Assembly: GCF_009914755.1 (NCBI RefSeq)
Contig: NC_060926.1
Strand: one strand, 5' to 3'
Length of the DNA stretch: 64,000 nt
DNA from: the human T2T-CHM13v2.0 reference genome, Homo sapiens
The position numbers and the translations under genes were made by a program. The notes under the pieces are model-generated. The model saw nothing but the letters and a program-made list of their open reading frames with translations, ran no database searches and was not told the origin of the DNA. Shown here piece after piece: positions 39,068 to 53,720 of this stretch. How positions within the stretch are numbered: the stretch's first letter is position 1; every line of letters starts with the position of its first letter.

Positions 39068-42000
39068 AAAATAGTATTTAAGCAGAGATCGATTCACCTC
39101 CCCACCTTATTCTCATCATCCTCTCTGGAAAAGCTATTTGCAACTCAGAGTCCCATGCATCAAAAAAGGAGTCAATGAAAATTGTCCTTATACTAACATT
39201 TACTTCAGGTTTTGAGCTCTGCCTAAATGTTATTTTATCTAATTCAAACAATTAAAAAAAAAAAGCTTGATTAATTTCTCCAGTGTAGTGTTAAGGAAAG
39301 GTTAACAGTACTGAGGTCCTCTTGAAAGGAATTAATAAAGGAATCAAGTGCTCAGCTCTCAATAAGACAAGACTACCCAGATTTCTAGTGGGAATATTTC
39401 ATAGCACAAGCATGTTTTCTTTGGGGAGTTTAACTCACAAAAATTATTAAAAATTGAGATCAAACACTGGTGCAGAGCCTCAAAGGAAATCATACTAGAA
39501 TGGAGAGATTTTTATCAAATAAAAACTGAAAAGTAAAGTTATAGCAAAAAAAAAAAAAAAGGCTTTCTCCCTCACAAAAAGAAAATCCTACTGTCTATGT
39601 TTAGAGTTCAAACAGCAAAACATTTACGGATACTTAATAGATGTGTAGAAAGCAACACTGTGCAATGAATGCAGATTTCACAAAGCCGAGCTTAAGCAGA
39701 CAGGCAACTACCACCACCATTTCTCAGCCATTAAAAGCCACTCTCATTCTTATATTCAACAAATGCATCCATCAAGACTCAATAACAACCAAGCTGGTGA
39801 AAGGGCTAACACTGAAAGGAGAAAGAGAAAAAAAAGCAAGAGGGAGAAAGAGCAAGAAAGTCAAAATCATAGTGTGTATTCTCCAGTCCCCTTAGGGGAT
39901 CTGACTGAGATCTCTGGTTTGCAATACATAGGATATTATTATTGTGACTCAGATCAAGTTAATAAAACCCAGCCTACAGACCAGGGAAACCAGGGTCTGA
40001 TGGAATACTTCCCAGACAAAATATTTTAAGTATATATGTAGTGCCTGTGTAATTTATAGAAATTAATCAGAAAAACAGAACAGAGAAAACTAGCATTTTT
40101 TTCACTTTATGGTTCTAATACATCCTCTTTATAATTTATATAATTTCCAAAATAAAATATTAAAATAAATATTTTAAAAATGAAAGAGACTATTTAAGTC
40201 TCTGTATATAAATCTCTTGGAAACCTTATGTTCATCCTGAATATGTTTATCCAAAGGCTATCACCCAGCCAATGAAAGAGTTATTCCACTTTTTACTGCC
40301 TTTGAGAAGTGTTATCAAAGCCTAAAGTGATTTGTCTCCTGGACAAAAAAGTGAGAAATCTTTTACCCTAAATAAAATGTAAGAGTCTACCTTCCTCAAA
40401 GCAAAAACCCTGGAAGACTACTGCAGCATTTTAAATTGGGAGTAATTCCAAGTATTAACACCTTAATCTCAAAAAGATTTCATTTTCCCTAGAGTCCTTG
40501 GTTCATAAATTATTTAAGGATAAAATATTAATAATTTCTGAGCCACAAAATAAAGGTATTGGTGTTGTCCCCCTCCCCCTAGAAAGCCAGTTTCAAAACA
40601 GTTCTATTCTGACAAGCCCAATACAAAATAACAGAAACACAAGTCAAACATTATTTCAAACTCCATATTGAAGGAGGAAAGAATTTCATCTGGGGTTAAC
40701 TTAATAGTATACGTTTAAAGTTTGTGGGTGAACTCGAGTATCACCCAAGAGGTAAGAGCTACTATTTTATCTTGGCACCATCACGCTACATCTAGATGGA
40801 GATGATAGAAGAAACTATACATGACAGTTTCTATAAGTTCATTTATTTTGTTAACACAAATAGGATCGACAAACAGCTATGTTTTCAAAGAGCAAGCCTG
40901 TGTTTATTCTATATATGAGAGGCTGGCGGCGAGAAAGATGGCTTTACTGAGTCATTCTAGCAAAGGAAGAAGAGAGCTGCATCTCAGAAGCCTGCCTTGG
41001 TTAAAAAGAACTGTCTCCCACAAACTCACTTTCAAGCTATACATCAATCTTCAATATAATTATGTTTGACAGAATATAAGCTCTTGGCAGTTAACTTGTT
41101 TACAATAAATGCTTAGTTTGGGTACATGGACTGTATTTCAGTCCTACAAATATCAAACACAAACCTACAACAGTCCCGTTATGGAGCTGAGAATTATTTT
41201 GCTATAAATCTTTTTATTGGGGGGCCAAGGGAATTACTTTGCAGCTTGTTTCCCACTAACCACCTGGAACAGTGTGAAAAAAGAGGTACATTTATGCTCT
41301 GACCCTGCGCTAATTGGAATCCTATACATTTCCACAGGAGAATGTTCAGTATCAATCCTGAACATGCAGGTCAGTCCCCAGTTCTGCCATGGCAGCAAAA
41401 AATACACATGAAACAAAATGGTTCTTACTAAAGTCACGGCATTTTCATACAGTTCTTTTCCTCCTCAAAGTTTCTTGGGAACTAATGACCATTTGTAACA
41501 GTGTTGGCAGACTTTCAATGGTAAGCCCCAGTTTTGGGGGAGTTTATAAGTTAGCTGTAAAAACGTGCTTAAGGCTCAAACTTGCCATATGAAAGAGGCT
41601 GTAAATAGAGGTAGTTTTGCTGCATATTACCTAGAGATTCATTTGAGAAGGAAAAAAGTCAGGATCACCTTATTTACCCTTGTAAAGTGACTTTACCTGG
41701 TTATTAAAGGTGTAATAACTTCCTATTCAGGGAACAATTTGCTCTTCTTATACTCCGTCGATACTAAAGGGTTTGGGGTGTTCTAATACCACATTTCCCA
41801 AATCTAAAGGGCAACATCTGAATGGAGATGTCTGAATGGAGACTCTAGGAATGCTTCTCTCCTGACAGGCACCTTCACTCTGAATACCTTCTGGTTTTCG
41901 GATGAAGACAATTTATCATTGCAAGGTTTCTTTAGTGCTTTCTAATTTCCCACTTAACATGTAATTAGATTCCTATAATAACTCAACTTTAACATAGTAT

Positions 42001-45000
42001 TAATACATCAAAAAGATCATATTAAGGATCACAGTTTATTTTCCAAAATAAACAATACTGAAAAATTCAGTCACGTAATGACTTAATATTAAGATTCCAA
42101 TTTCTTCCTTTCTAGTCAATGTTACAATTACAGGTGACAAAAAACTTAAAACATGTTTGTCTCTCAGCTTCTAATAAAGAAGAATAGCAACTGATTTATA
42201 AGTTTCAACTGTCATGCAAAATGGTTTTATTAAAAAATTTTACCACAGGGTTTTCTTGTATACAGGGGAGAGGGACAGAAAAGAAAAATATTTTTACTAC
42301 ATTATCAGCCTCACAGAACTTCCTTGTTAATACCAAAGCACTATTTTGCAATGTGAACTAATGGAAAATTGTTAAATTCACCTAAAATAACTACTCCTTT
42401 TTTTAAACTAAAGAAACCCTTTTAAAACCTTGACTATTTAATTGCTGTTTACTTGGGGAAGAGGGACATGGAGAAGGTGATCGTATGAAAAAAAAACCAA
42501 AACACTTTCTTTTAATTGTACAACAAAAATTCCTTCCAAGGCAAAAAGACATTATGCCAAGTTCCACCCAGAATTAATGTTTAGGTTTAAATTATAAAGT
42601 CCAGAAGAAACGGAACCACTAATAGACCCTTAAAGCTCATGGCCTTCATCAACACTGTTAGGTTACGCAAATGTTAAAACTGAAAACCCTTTGCTGACAA
42701 AAGCATTTTAATGAAGGCACTATTAACTAGGCTCTATGGATTAAATAACTTTTTTAAAAAAGCTTTTTTGGGGCTGTTTGATATACATCCCACTCTAAAA
42801 GGGATGATAAATGCTCGGGAGAGTTCTGAAATTATGAGACCTCCACCAGGAGGATGTACTGCCTATCTTGTTTCTTTCATTTTGTCACCTCAGGAAGGTT
42901 TTTAAATATTAAATCCAAGAAACTCAGCGACAGATGAAAGAAATATTCCCCCCTAAGTCTGTCAACTGAGTAAAACCTGGAGCTCTGACTACTCTGATGG
43001 CCGACATTATCTGCAGTTTTAGTATCCCCACCACACATGGGGGTAACCCGAGTTATCCCCACCTCAGGTATCCCCACCCTAAGTCAAGGTTCCCGGGTGA
43101 ACTCCACCGTCACCACCTAGGTTTCTTCAGGAGCTCACAGTTTCTATTAATAGAGTAACAAATACAGCCCAGAGTGAGGCAAAACGAGCCCCAGGCAGCC
43201 CCTGCTGCCTGGCGGTTCATTCGGAGTTGCTGAAAGCATAGCTCTGTGGAATGAGAGCCAGAGTCTCAGCAATGTTAAGGACATCGATTTCATAATTCAG
43301 AGGATTGCAGGTCGAAGCAAGAGCCTCTGCATTTCAGGTGACAGTCAGGTGAGTACACCTCAGGTGATGTGCCCACAGAGCAACTCAGGTTACCCCGGTG
43401 TGTGCTGAGAAGAAATGAGGGTGCTCATTATTCAGCCTCAACTCTCTCCCCTTCAGCCTAGTTTGGACTTTGGGAAGAGGAAGAACAGCAGGCCTAGGAA
43501 CCCCATCTAACCCTTACTTGGCTGGGCTTTGTAACAAGAGGAACATTCATTACTTCTGACTTCCATTTACAGAGACAAAAAAAAAGGAGGGGGAGAGAGT
43601 AGTTCCACCTCAGGTAGAATTTAAGAAAATGGGATTTTCCTGGTCAAACTGTGTATGAAGACAAAGTCAATGGTCATTTGTAATGTCTCCTGGGCAACCA
43701 CTTTCCATGGGCTCCTCTTTGAACTTCCCAGGGAAGTGTTTTCGATCACTGCTTGGGAAATGGGTCCAAAACAACATAAACTCTCCACTGCCTCAGAAGA
43801 CAAGTCATTTTCTTTTACTACGACACTTAAAGAGACATTTATCATGCTGCTCTGTTAGCATCTTTGGATTATGACAAAAGAAAGTTCTTGTTCTGTTAAC
43901 CCCCAAAAAATAATATTTCAAAAATGCTATTGCTATTTCAAGTGTTTTGATATGAATGCATCGTCAGTAAGCTATTAAATATATCAATTTTGCCTTTCCT
44001 TATATGTAATAATAATTGAAACAAATGCAATAAAAGTACTCAATTTTAATATAGGACATAATTGGGAAATCTAAAAATACAGTTATTTTTACTTTATGCC
44101 TTTGGTCCTTTGGTCCTTTCCCAGGAGTCTTGGGCATGGCATCCAATCAAATTTGCTCTCTTTGCAAAGAAAATATTTTCTTGTGTTAAAAAAAAAATCA
44201 ATCACAATCAGTTATGAAAGAACTGATACACTTGCTTTCCAGCCAAATGCAAAAACAAGTAAAAAGTATTTTTTAAAGAAAGAAAAAGATATATGTGGTT
44301 AACGTGATGAAATTCACGCTGTTTCTACGACAAACCCCTGCAAATCACCTCTGTCAGATCTTAGCACTTTGGAAAACATTTGCTCTAACTAGAGTCTCTT
44401 ATTTTATATATTATATACATAAATATCTGTGTAAGTCTTCAGTCAAATAAACAAAAGAAAGACACTGAGCTGCTGTGCACATTTCAGTAACTGTGCAACC
44501 ATCAGTGGGCACCAGTTACCCTGGTTTGAAATGGATCCCTTTTGATAAATAGTAGCTTGCAGTGCCTCCCCTTAATTTTTTGATCTTTTTTGTTATTTTA
44601 CAGTTTAATAACCAACTGTACTACGATAGAACTCCATTCCAATGATACGGCTACTAGGTAAGAGCAGAACTGAATCTGCCCACACACTATTAGTGAGTAA
44701 CAGTACCAGGAGCAACTAAAATTGAAATATATTTCCCCAGAAGGTTTTCCTGTCCTATGTGTCATAATCATTAATAAAGAATATGCTTACTATAAAACTG
44801 ACATAGTTTGCTGATAACTTTATTGCAAGTTTCAAATTCTTAAAATTTCTATTCATGCTTTTATCTGCATTTTAGGCATTTGTCAAACTAATAACCATAA
44901 CATCCACTTGTTTAAGTTAAAGGACATCAATTAAAAAGGGGAAAAAAATGCATGCCATAAACTCTATTGTCATAATTATATATCTAAAGCACACTTGTTC

Positions 45001-46868
45001 CATATTATGTCTTTTTATCTAGTTTTTTAAAAATCTGAAATAAGTAAAACTTTTTAATTGAGCAGCAAAGATACAGAAGTTGTAGAATGCAATTTCTGAT
45101 GTAGCCTTTCAGTGCCACTTAATTATACTGATTTTACCACAATTCTTAAATCACTTGCTACTAAAAAGCAAAATAATTCTGTTAATTGAAACAAATATAT
45201 ATAGCTAGAGTTCCATAATTTTGAAAACTCCACCATGGAACATTTTTACAAAAACACTGTAGCATGTTATGCTTACAGGGCTTGTTTCTACATAAAAGAA
45301 GAAAAATAATGTTTGGTTAATTGCTAACAATAAAGAGCAACGGAAAATAGCATACTATAATGACTACAACTGTGCTTTTTTCAAACTCTGTAAGTCCTCA
45401 ACTGGTTTTTGTTTTAGTCATACCTCAGTTCCACTCAGGGCATCTACTTTGACTTTGAAATATTTATCACATTACATTTAAGTAGTAGGATGATGAATCT
45501 TTTGTATATAAAAATCCATTTTCACCACAGACATTTTCAAAACCTCTATTGCATTTTAAAATAACAGGAATTCACAGCTCTCCTTACTGGCACCCTAAAT
45601 TAATGCTGGAGAGCAGTGTTGATTGGAAGTGAAAAAAGACCATACAATCAAAGTCAGTAGAGGCAAATCATTCATTTAAAAATTGCTACAAAGAAAAGAA
45701 TAGAAACTAAAAGGCAAACTCTTTTCTTCATTTTTTTGAGTTAAGCATAAAGGTCTCCTACTCGAAACCATTTTAGGTTATTTCTCTGTTTTTTCCAAAA
45801 AATAATGAGTTAAAATGTATGGGTTAGATCCAACATTTCACTGCTGTTCTTATTCTTGGGGAGTGGGGGAGACGGGGAACTTGCTGCCAAAGCTTCTGAA
45901 AAGAGACTTTGGGCTGCTAATTTTCCGTTCACAAAATCTAAATTCCCCTTATGCATTCTCACACAACTCATGAAATAATATGAAACAGTATTATATCACT
46001 GCAAATTGAGACATTTTTATCAAAATAAAGAGTGATGATGCCAACATTTCATTTGTCATTTCCCACTTGTCACTTTTCACTGACAAACTGTTACACATAC
46101 AACTTTTGTCAAATGCTCCATCTTTAAATATGTTCCAAAATGCCATTGTATCTCAGTATTCATGTAAGGAAGATAGTAAAAATTACTATGTTACCATATA
46201 TTAGTTATATAGGTTTTTTAAAAGCCTACTGATTAAACAATATAAAGAATTCTTTATTAATTTACATGCTATATAGGATAAAGTTTGGCTTTCTGAAATA
46301 AAACAATGTACATATTTTACACACCTAATGTGGGTTCTTAGTCATAAGAAACATTTTAATGGTGAGAAATTTTATTCCAACAGAAACCTAAAAAGCTTTA
46401 AAAGATAAGTATAACCCAAGAAAATAATACTATTTGGAATTCATCTAGCCCTGTAAATTTAACATGTCTTTTTAAATATATACACATATGCTGATTCTAT
46501 AATAAATACTTTTTAAAAAGAAAGAAAAATAGGGGTTTTAAATTATAACCATCAAACTTCACTGCTTACTACTTTGTCAGATATACCAAATAATTACTGT
46601 AGTCTTTCCTGGAATAAAACTGATTTCCGTATACTTAAAATGACTCAAATTCATATTCTTAGCTATCTAATAAATGATGATTAGTCTGTTTTCCCTTCTC
46701 TACAGAGATAGATTGGTTAAAACAAAATTCAAGAAAGAAAAGAAGAATTCAAACAGGATATCTCATATGTACAGACTTTGCTGGTTACAACCCTCTGGGA
46801 AAGGATGATATTGCTTATTTTCTGCAGGGGTTAAAAAACAGATGCCTTAAGGGACATCTATGTAGTTC

Positions 46869-46869
46869 C

Positions 46870-46910
<41 letters not shown>
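46869..46910. repeat. (CA)n microsatellite, about 20 units
   Basis: Direct reading. Confidence 0.97.
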
Positions 46911-46915
<5 letters not shown>

Positions 46916-49900
46916 TACAGATGATCTTGAGTATACAATGGTCAGTGGGTTTCTTCTGATGGAACATAAGGCTTCCAAAATTACTTGAAACATCAAATTA
47001 TGCTCAGGACTTTGAGGGGCGGATACCCTATGTTCTGTTTAATGTGTATGTTCCACTGCATATATTTTTTTAACCAAGTATATCTTTATTTTAATAACAG
47101 GCCAAGAACTAAAAACACTTTAGAGAAGAGTTATTTTTCTACCTCAGCAAAACTACAGAGGACAGGCTAGATTGTTGGATGACCCCAAAGCCTAAGTTCA
47201 TTCTATTTAAAAGATCTTAAAACCTTAAAAAAAAAAAAAAAAAGTGAGGAGGGAGAAATACAATCTTTTCTCTTTTGAAGTAATGTGTACTTCCTACAAA
47301 TATTATGATATTCATCCTTGGAAATGGAGTTTTCTCCATTTTGCCCATGTTAACAATATATTTCTAAGTATTTTATAATCTCAATATATACCTATCTATA
47401 CTTTCATATCTGCATTCCTTTCAAAAAGTTAAATGTCTCTCTACTGTTGCTGATATGGTGACTACACCTGACCCGAACTGCATTTCTTTTCATCTAAAAG
47501 GAAGTGTTCCACATGTAGACAATTAAACTAACTGTTGTTGTAGACAATGTTCAGCTTTAAATGAGGCCCTGACTAACAATCTTGATCACATTTGCTTCCC
47601 TATTTGAATACATCAGTGTGTACTGCATAATGATTTTTTTCCCCTTGCAACAAGACAGTTATGTTCTTGAAAGGGCTGCCTGGTAGCACGAATAGGTCTA
47701 CTTCAGGTAGACTAGTTATAAGATAACTTTAACAGACAGTATGCCAACAAAATTAAATTGTTATTTATAAAACATAAATTATTTTTCAGAAATAAGCAAG
47801 TTTTTTTAATAAAAAAAGCAAATCTCTCTAAAAGATATTTTCAATGTTTAAATATTTTTCCCTAAAATGTAGAACATTTAACACCAAAAAATCATAAAAA
47901 TTCATAGGAAAATGAAAAATATCAAAAAGATTTCTGATGTTTAATGTCTCCTATCAGCAAATACACCATCTGGTATATTCAAGCGCTGTTCATTCAGTTT
48001 AAATAAAGCTGTCTGAAAGTTCTTCTTTAAGCCAAACATTAAAAAATGAAAATGCTTGTGTTAACAATGAATGAAGCACAATAATTTATTGCTATTAAAG
48101 CACAACTGGCCAGCACCTTTCAGCAGTCCAGGAGAAAAGCAGAATGCCTTGCTTCCTCTGGAAACTTGATTGGCATCACTTTCATTTTATGCTGTAAGTT
48201 GCATGGCTGAAGCATTCCATACAGCAGAACATTTTAGGTACTTATGCTAATAGTGGTAAAAAGGATCATCTGATTCTTATTTTCATCATCCTTAATAATC
48301 CCTTCTTTTCCTAAATCTTCAAATAGATCTGTAAGTTTTAATCAACAATTTCACAAATATAAATTTCCCCACCATTAATCATCCTTTTTCAAAATCCTTA
48401 TGGAGTGAATTACTAGCTGAGAGGGGACGCCAATTCTAGTAAGTGAATGTTACCCAGCAGGGATATAAAGCTGTCAACACCATGGTGCTCTTGCTAGCTC
48501 TAAACTCTCTCCTAGCCTTCATATGTTTTTTAAAGAGATATTAGCCTTTTTTTTTTCCTAAGGACCGTCTGTAAAAGCTGACTGACATACACATCTGAGC
48601 ACTTACATTTTATTACATACATGCTTTAAAACACACTGCTCAGATAAGAGTAAAAACATCCCAGAAAGTGTTGGAAAGACAAAGCAAAACATCTAGTTTC
48701 TAACAGTCTTCTAAAGCTAACCACATAGTAAACAATCCACTTTTAAGTCCCCTGTTAAAACACAACCTTAAAGACAGTGACAGTGTATCTACCCTCTCTT
48801 CTATTTAAATTGAGACACTAAAGTAATGCCCCTTCTTTTATGAATACTTAGTTCTCATCAAAAAACACAGTAAATTCCCTCTACCTAAATAAGTAGAGTA
48901 ACAGCAGAATTTATTACTGCAACCAATGCATTCAGAAGTATATTTAAACTATATTTACCTCACTGCTTATCAAAAACAGTAAGATAAATTGCTATTTGAT
49001 TTGACAACCAATTAACTTGATCTCCCTTATTTTTAAAAGAACAGCTTTTAAGAAAGAGGAACACTAAAGATTAACAAATATGTACTCCCAAATTTTTGGC
49101 TCCACTTTTAAGACAAATTTTATTGTATCCATCTTTACACCATTGAAAAGACTGCAATATATCTGAAAACGGTAATAAATGATACAGAGCTATAAATACT
49201 TGTGTAGTTATCTATGCTTATTATATTGCTTTATAAAGAAAATTTAAACAAAAGAACATAGAATGGTAGAAATATAATCTACTTTATATTTACTCTATGT
49301 TCAAAAAAATCCTTTAATTATAAAAAAACTAACTAGAAATGTATTTTAAACATTTTTTAAAATTTAGAATGTGCATTTTTCAAAAGGCCTGGCTTTGCTC
49401 CAAACTGTATACATGGTTAACAGTTACAAAGAAACTATTAACATCTTAACATACATTTGGAAATTATATAAACTTAAACTCATAATTTTGTTAACATTCA
49501 ATTAGAAACCTTTGTACTATCAAAATCTTATCTTCTAAGTTGTTATATTCTAAAGTTGTCTAAATTAATCTCTTTACACACTATTATGCTTTCTTTTTTA
49601 AAAAAATTTAAATTCCACTAAACAATTTTAACCAGTTTACTATCGTGTATTATAAACGATATGTATTGAGACAAAATAATGTCATCTTTATTTTCAATTT
49701 GGGAAGCAGCTAATAAGACCTCTGCTATTACTAAATTAAGTTAATCAAGAGAAAGTGTCTAAGGCAGCTGGTTGAAACAAATCTATTATTCTTCACCAAG
49801 ATAATAATTTTAGTTTATATTAAACATATAAGGGCTCAAATGTGAACTATAGTCTCAGAAAATTTGAAAACCAACCACTATTTAACACTAAAGTTATCCC

Positions 49901-51602
49901 TGGTCAACAGAACAAGGCACTTTCTTTCATAGTTCAACATGATATAGAGGAGGGGAAAAAACTTGTTTTAGGGAAGCACGTTGTTAACAATTACATTCTA
50001 AAATGTTTACAGCTCCTTTCAATTTAGTGAATTTTATTAGATCTTCAGAAAGATACCAAAATTTTAAGTCCAAGCCTTTTCTGTCCACAAAGGCCACTTT
50101 GGAACACACTGTCTCCAAGGAGTTTCAGAACTTTTTCAAACATTTTCAGCACTTAGCATATCTCATAATTGGTACCATCATACTCTATGAATTTTTATTT
50201 CTTATATGCATATACTAACTGATTATGCCAAAAGTCTGACATTATTTGCTCCAGTATCAGGACAACAAATTAATAAACCTCTCTTTTAAAAAGTGGGTCA
50301 CAGAACTGTTTTCTTTTGCTTCAATAAAGTATATTTTCAAGTCCCAAAAAGGGGAGATAAACAAGCCAGAATCCATCACCAAACTTTTTAACTCACAACA
50401 TTGAAAGGATGAATACTTCTCAAGTGAGACGATTAATATGAAAGACTGAGACAAACCATCCTAAGTATTTACCATGAAGAAATAGAAATAGCAAAATAAG
50501 TAAAAAGAAAAAAATACGATTTTATAAAACGTATGTGTTCAACTCTTTAAGGAGGAATGAACATTTTTAGATGTAAGTAACTATTTTGAAATACACACAA
50601 TAGACACTTACAACAAGGGGGTGGGAGCTTATCATTAAGGTTTGCCAAGGTTTTATATCATTTAAGACAAGTTAATATATTGAATATTAAATGGGCTACT
50701 GTTGAAATTATTAGAGAAAAAACGTTAGAGGCAAAAAAAATTAAACTAGTGATTTATGCCAAACACACAGAAAACCTGCATGCCATGTGGAATTGTGGAT
50801 TTTACATGTAAAAGACAACTAAGCAAATGGCATACAAACTCCAAAATATTTCAATGTTTAAATTTCTCCCATATCTTTATTTTGTATGATTGCTTTTCCT
50901 GACCACTTTAAAAGAAAGTAGTTGCTTAAGTAGTAAAAACTACAAAAGATTTTCTTTAAATAAAATTATTAATAAATTCTTTGGAGGGGAAACTACATCT
51001 AGTTGATAAGGCTACTTTGCTATTTTTATCTGTTCTCCTATAATTCATAATAAAGTTACGAATGCATATGACTAAACTTTATAGACAACAGCAGCATTTA
51101 AGCTTCTAAGGGCCTGATGGATTCATGGTGATTCTTTATTTCCCACATTTCACGTGGCAGGAAATATTCCCAGTTGTCATTCATCTGTCTTGAAGCACTG
51201 TCCTCACTACAAAGTAACATCAACTCTCCTTGTTCCTGTACTCGCCTGAGCATTAATGACTATTTTATTCCCTAAAAGCGAACGCACGTGAACTTCATCC
51301 CTACAACAGACACTCCGAGGCAAGGCAAAAGAGTTAAATCACTAAAAAGCTCTCTAGGAAAACTAGAAACAGTTAGCTGGCTGTGACATAAACCTGCCAA
51401 CACCTCAGCACACAGTGGCAAAATGCCCAAAAAATGCCACCCTCTGGGTAAAACCACTTTCTTGTTTTAACTGGAGATGAAGCTACCAGTTGCAGATGAG
51501 AGGCGACGGGGGCATTATTTGGCAACCTGGAATTCACTTCCTGTAATCCTACACCGCGACAGCGCCTAATCAACCTGAACCCTGACACCCGGGCCATTAT
51601 CA

Positions 51603-51944
<342 letters not shown>

Positions 51945-53113
51945 TCAGGCCAGTGGCAGAGCGCTGCACCACAGCCACACAAACTTCCTCCCACGCTGCC
52001 CGAGGGGCCCGAGCCGGGAAGCCGGTCCCAACCTTACACTGGGCGGCCCCCAGGAAGCCCAGCGCCTCGGTTCGGCGACTCTGCCCAGTCGCAGCTCCCC
52101 AAAAGTCAGCCCTCGGGGTCGCGGCCGGGGTTGGCACCCAGGGGCGCCTAGAAGTGGTCCATTCATTGGGACGGGGTTGGCATAAACCGTTCCTGGGTGC
52201 TACAGCCTAGCCCGTCCCGGGGTCAGGGTTGCGGAATAAGTGAACTTCAGAAAAAGACGTTCCACCCACATGGGAAGGGAGTTGGGGGTGTGCGCAAGTC
52301 CATAACCGAATTAACCACCCGGTAAATGCGCTGTGAATGGCCAGGCAGGAGCCAAAGGCCGGGCGAAAGAACCCCTTGAATACCCGCTTTTTACCTATAC
52401 GGAGCAAGTCCTGAGATAAGCACACACCTGCATAAAATCAACCCTAATTCCACATTAATAAGCATCCGAAAACACTTGGAGGTATTTATCAGAATAACCT
52501 CCATCACAAAGGCGGGCGCTACAATCGTTATTATTTTGGAGCGTTCTTATCTTCATCTGATCCCGAGTGCTTTTTTAAAGCTCTTCAATATAAAACACAA
52601 AAGCAAAAAGCATTTGAATTCTTAGTGCAAGAGCAGCCTTCATCCGCCCCAATTTTAACATCGCTCCAGAAAGTTTTCCTCTGGGTCACTAGGTTGGCAG
52701 TGCGCTCCCCACGGAAGCCGCAGGTCTCGACACCCCTGGATTGGGGGGGTGGGGGGGGGCGGGGAAGGAGGGGAAACACCTGATGAAACGGCGCTCGCGT
52801 TGTCACTGACACCCGCAAGAAGCAAGACCCCGGCACCGTACTGCGTGCGCGCTGGGAATCCTCGTGGGCGCTCTGGCCGCGCGAGCAGTGTCGGCGCCAC
52901 GGGTCAAGGAGACAAGGTGGGGGTGGCAGGGGGAGGTGAAAGGAAGGATGCGAGATGAAGACACGGAGCAGGAGGGCTGAGGGCGAGGCTTCCGCCTGCA
53001 TTCCCCGACTTCGCGGTCCGAGAGGCCGAGAGCGGCGGGGAGGGGACTTCGTTGGCCCTGGGCTTCCCCGAACTCCCGAGCGCGGCGCGGGAGCCCTCGC
53101 CCTGCGTACTTAC

Positions 53114-53720
53114 TGCTCACGGTCTGTCTGAAACTTGGCTGACTGGGGCTCTGTCCATGGAGCAAAAGTAGAGAATCCAGGGTGGAAAGTTTCTGGTGCT
53201 TGGCTTTGCAGTGTTCTCCTAGTCTTCCTCTTTACTCCTTCCCCTTCCCTCTTCCCCAGGTCCTAATGTTTAAGGTCCTGGGTCAGGGTGTCTTCTTCTG
53301 GTGCGGAGATGGTTGTTATGATGATGATGGGGGGAGGGAGGAGGGGGAGGAGGAGGAGAGGGAAAGGACTCCTCCAAAGGGACACCCGAGCGAGCGGGGG
53401 AGGGGACGGCGGAGGAGGGGGGAAGAGAAGGAGGCTGAAAGAGCCTTTTCACACCTTCGGGAAGGAGACCCGTTCTGGAGAGAAAGGGCTGAGAACCCGG
53501 AGGCGGCGGCGGCGGCGGCGAGCCGGGGCTGCTGGTTCGCAGGGCGGCTAGCTCGCGAGGAGGCGCGGCCAGAGCGGTGGGACCGGTAACACCAAGAGCC
53601 GAGAAGACGCAGGGACCCGGGACCGCGCGCGGGAGGAAACGCGGCGGCCGCCCAAGCTGTCACCTCCAGCCTCTCCCCTCTCGGCCGCCTCTGCCAGCAG
53701 CCAGAGCCGGACTCACTGAC
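53114..53720 (-). other. SATB2: Non-coding first exon of the proximal-promoter SATB2 isoform (5' end approximate)
   Basis: Consensus donor GCA|GTAAGT at 53113-53108 within the CpG island, 1.24 kb upstream of the 51871 acceptor. The TSS cannot be read from sequence. Confidence 0.75.
53502..53519. repeat. (GGC)6 trinucleotide run in the 5'UTR exon
   Basis: Direct reading. Confidence 0.9.

Noticed and set aside
41817-41842. Short tandem duplications (TCTGAATGGAGA x2; similar at about 6336-6363 and 30347-30370)
   Set aside because: Ordinary slippage duplications at background frequency.
51545-51566. REST/RE1-like CACCGCGACAGCGCC
   Set aside because: Only the right half-site matches; spacing and left half are non-canonical.
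52131-52150. CTCF-like TGGCACCCAGGGGCGCC
   Set aside because: One G short of the core and several mismatches; not supportable without ChIP data.
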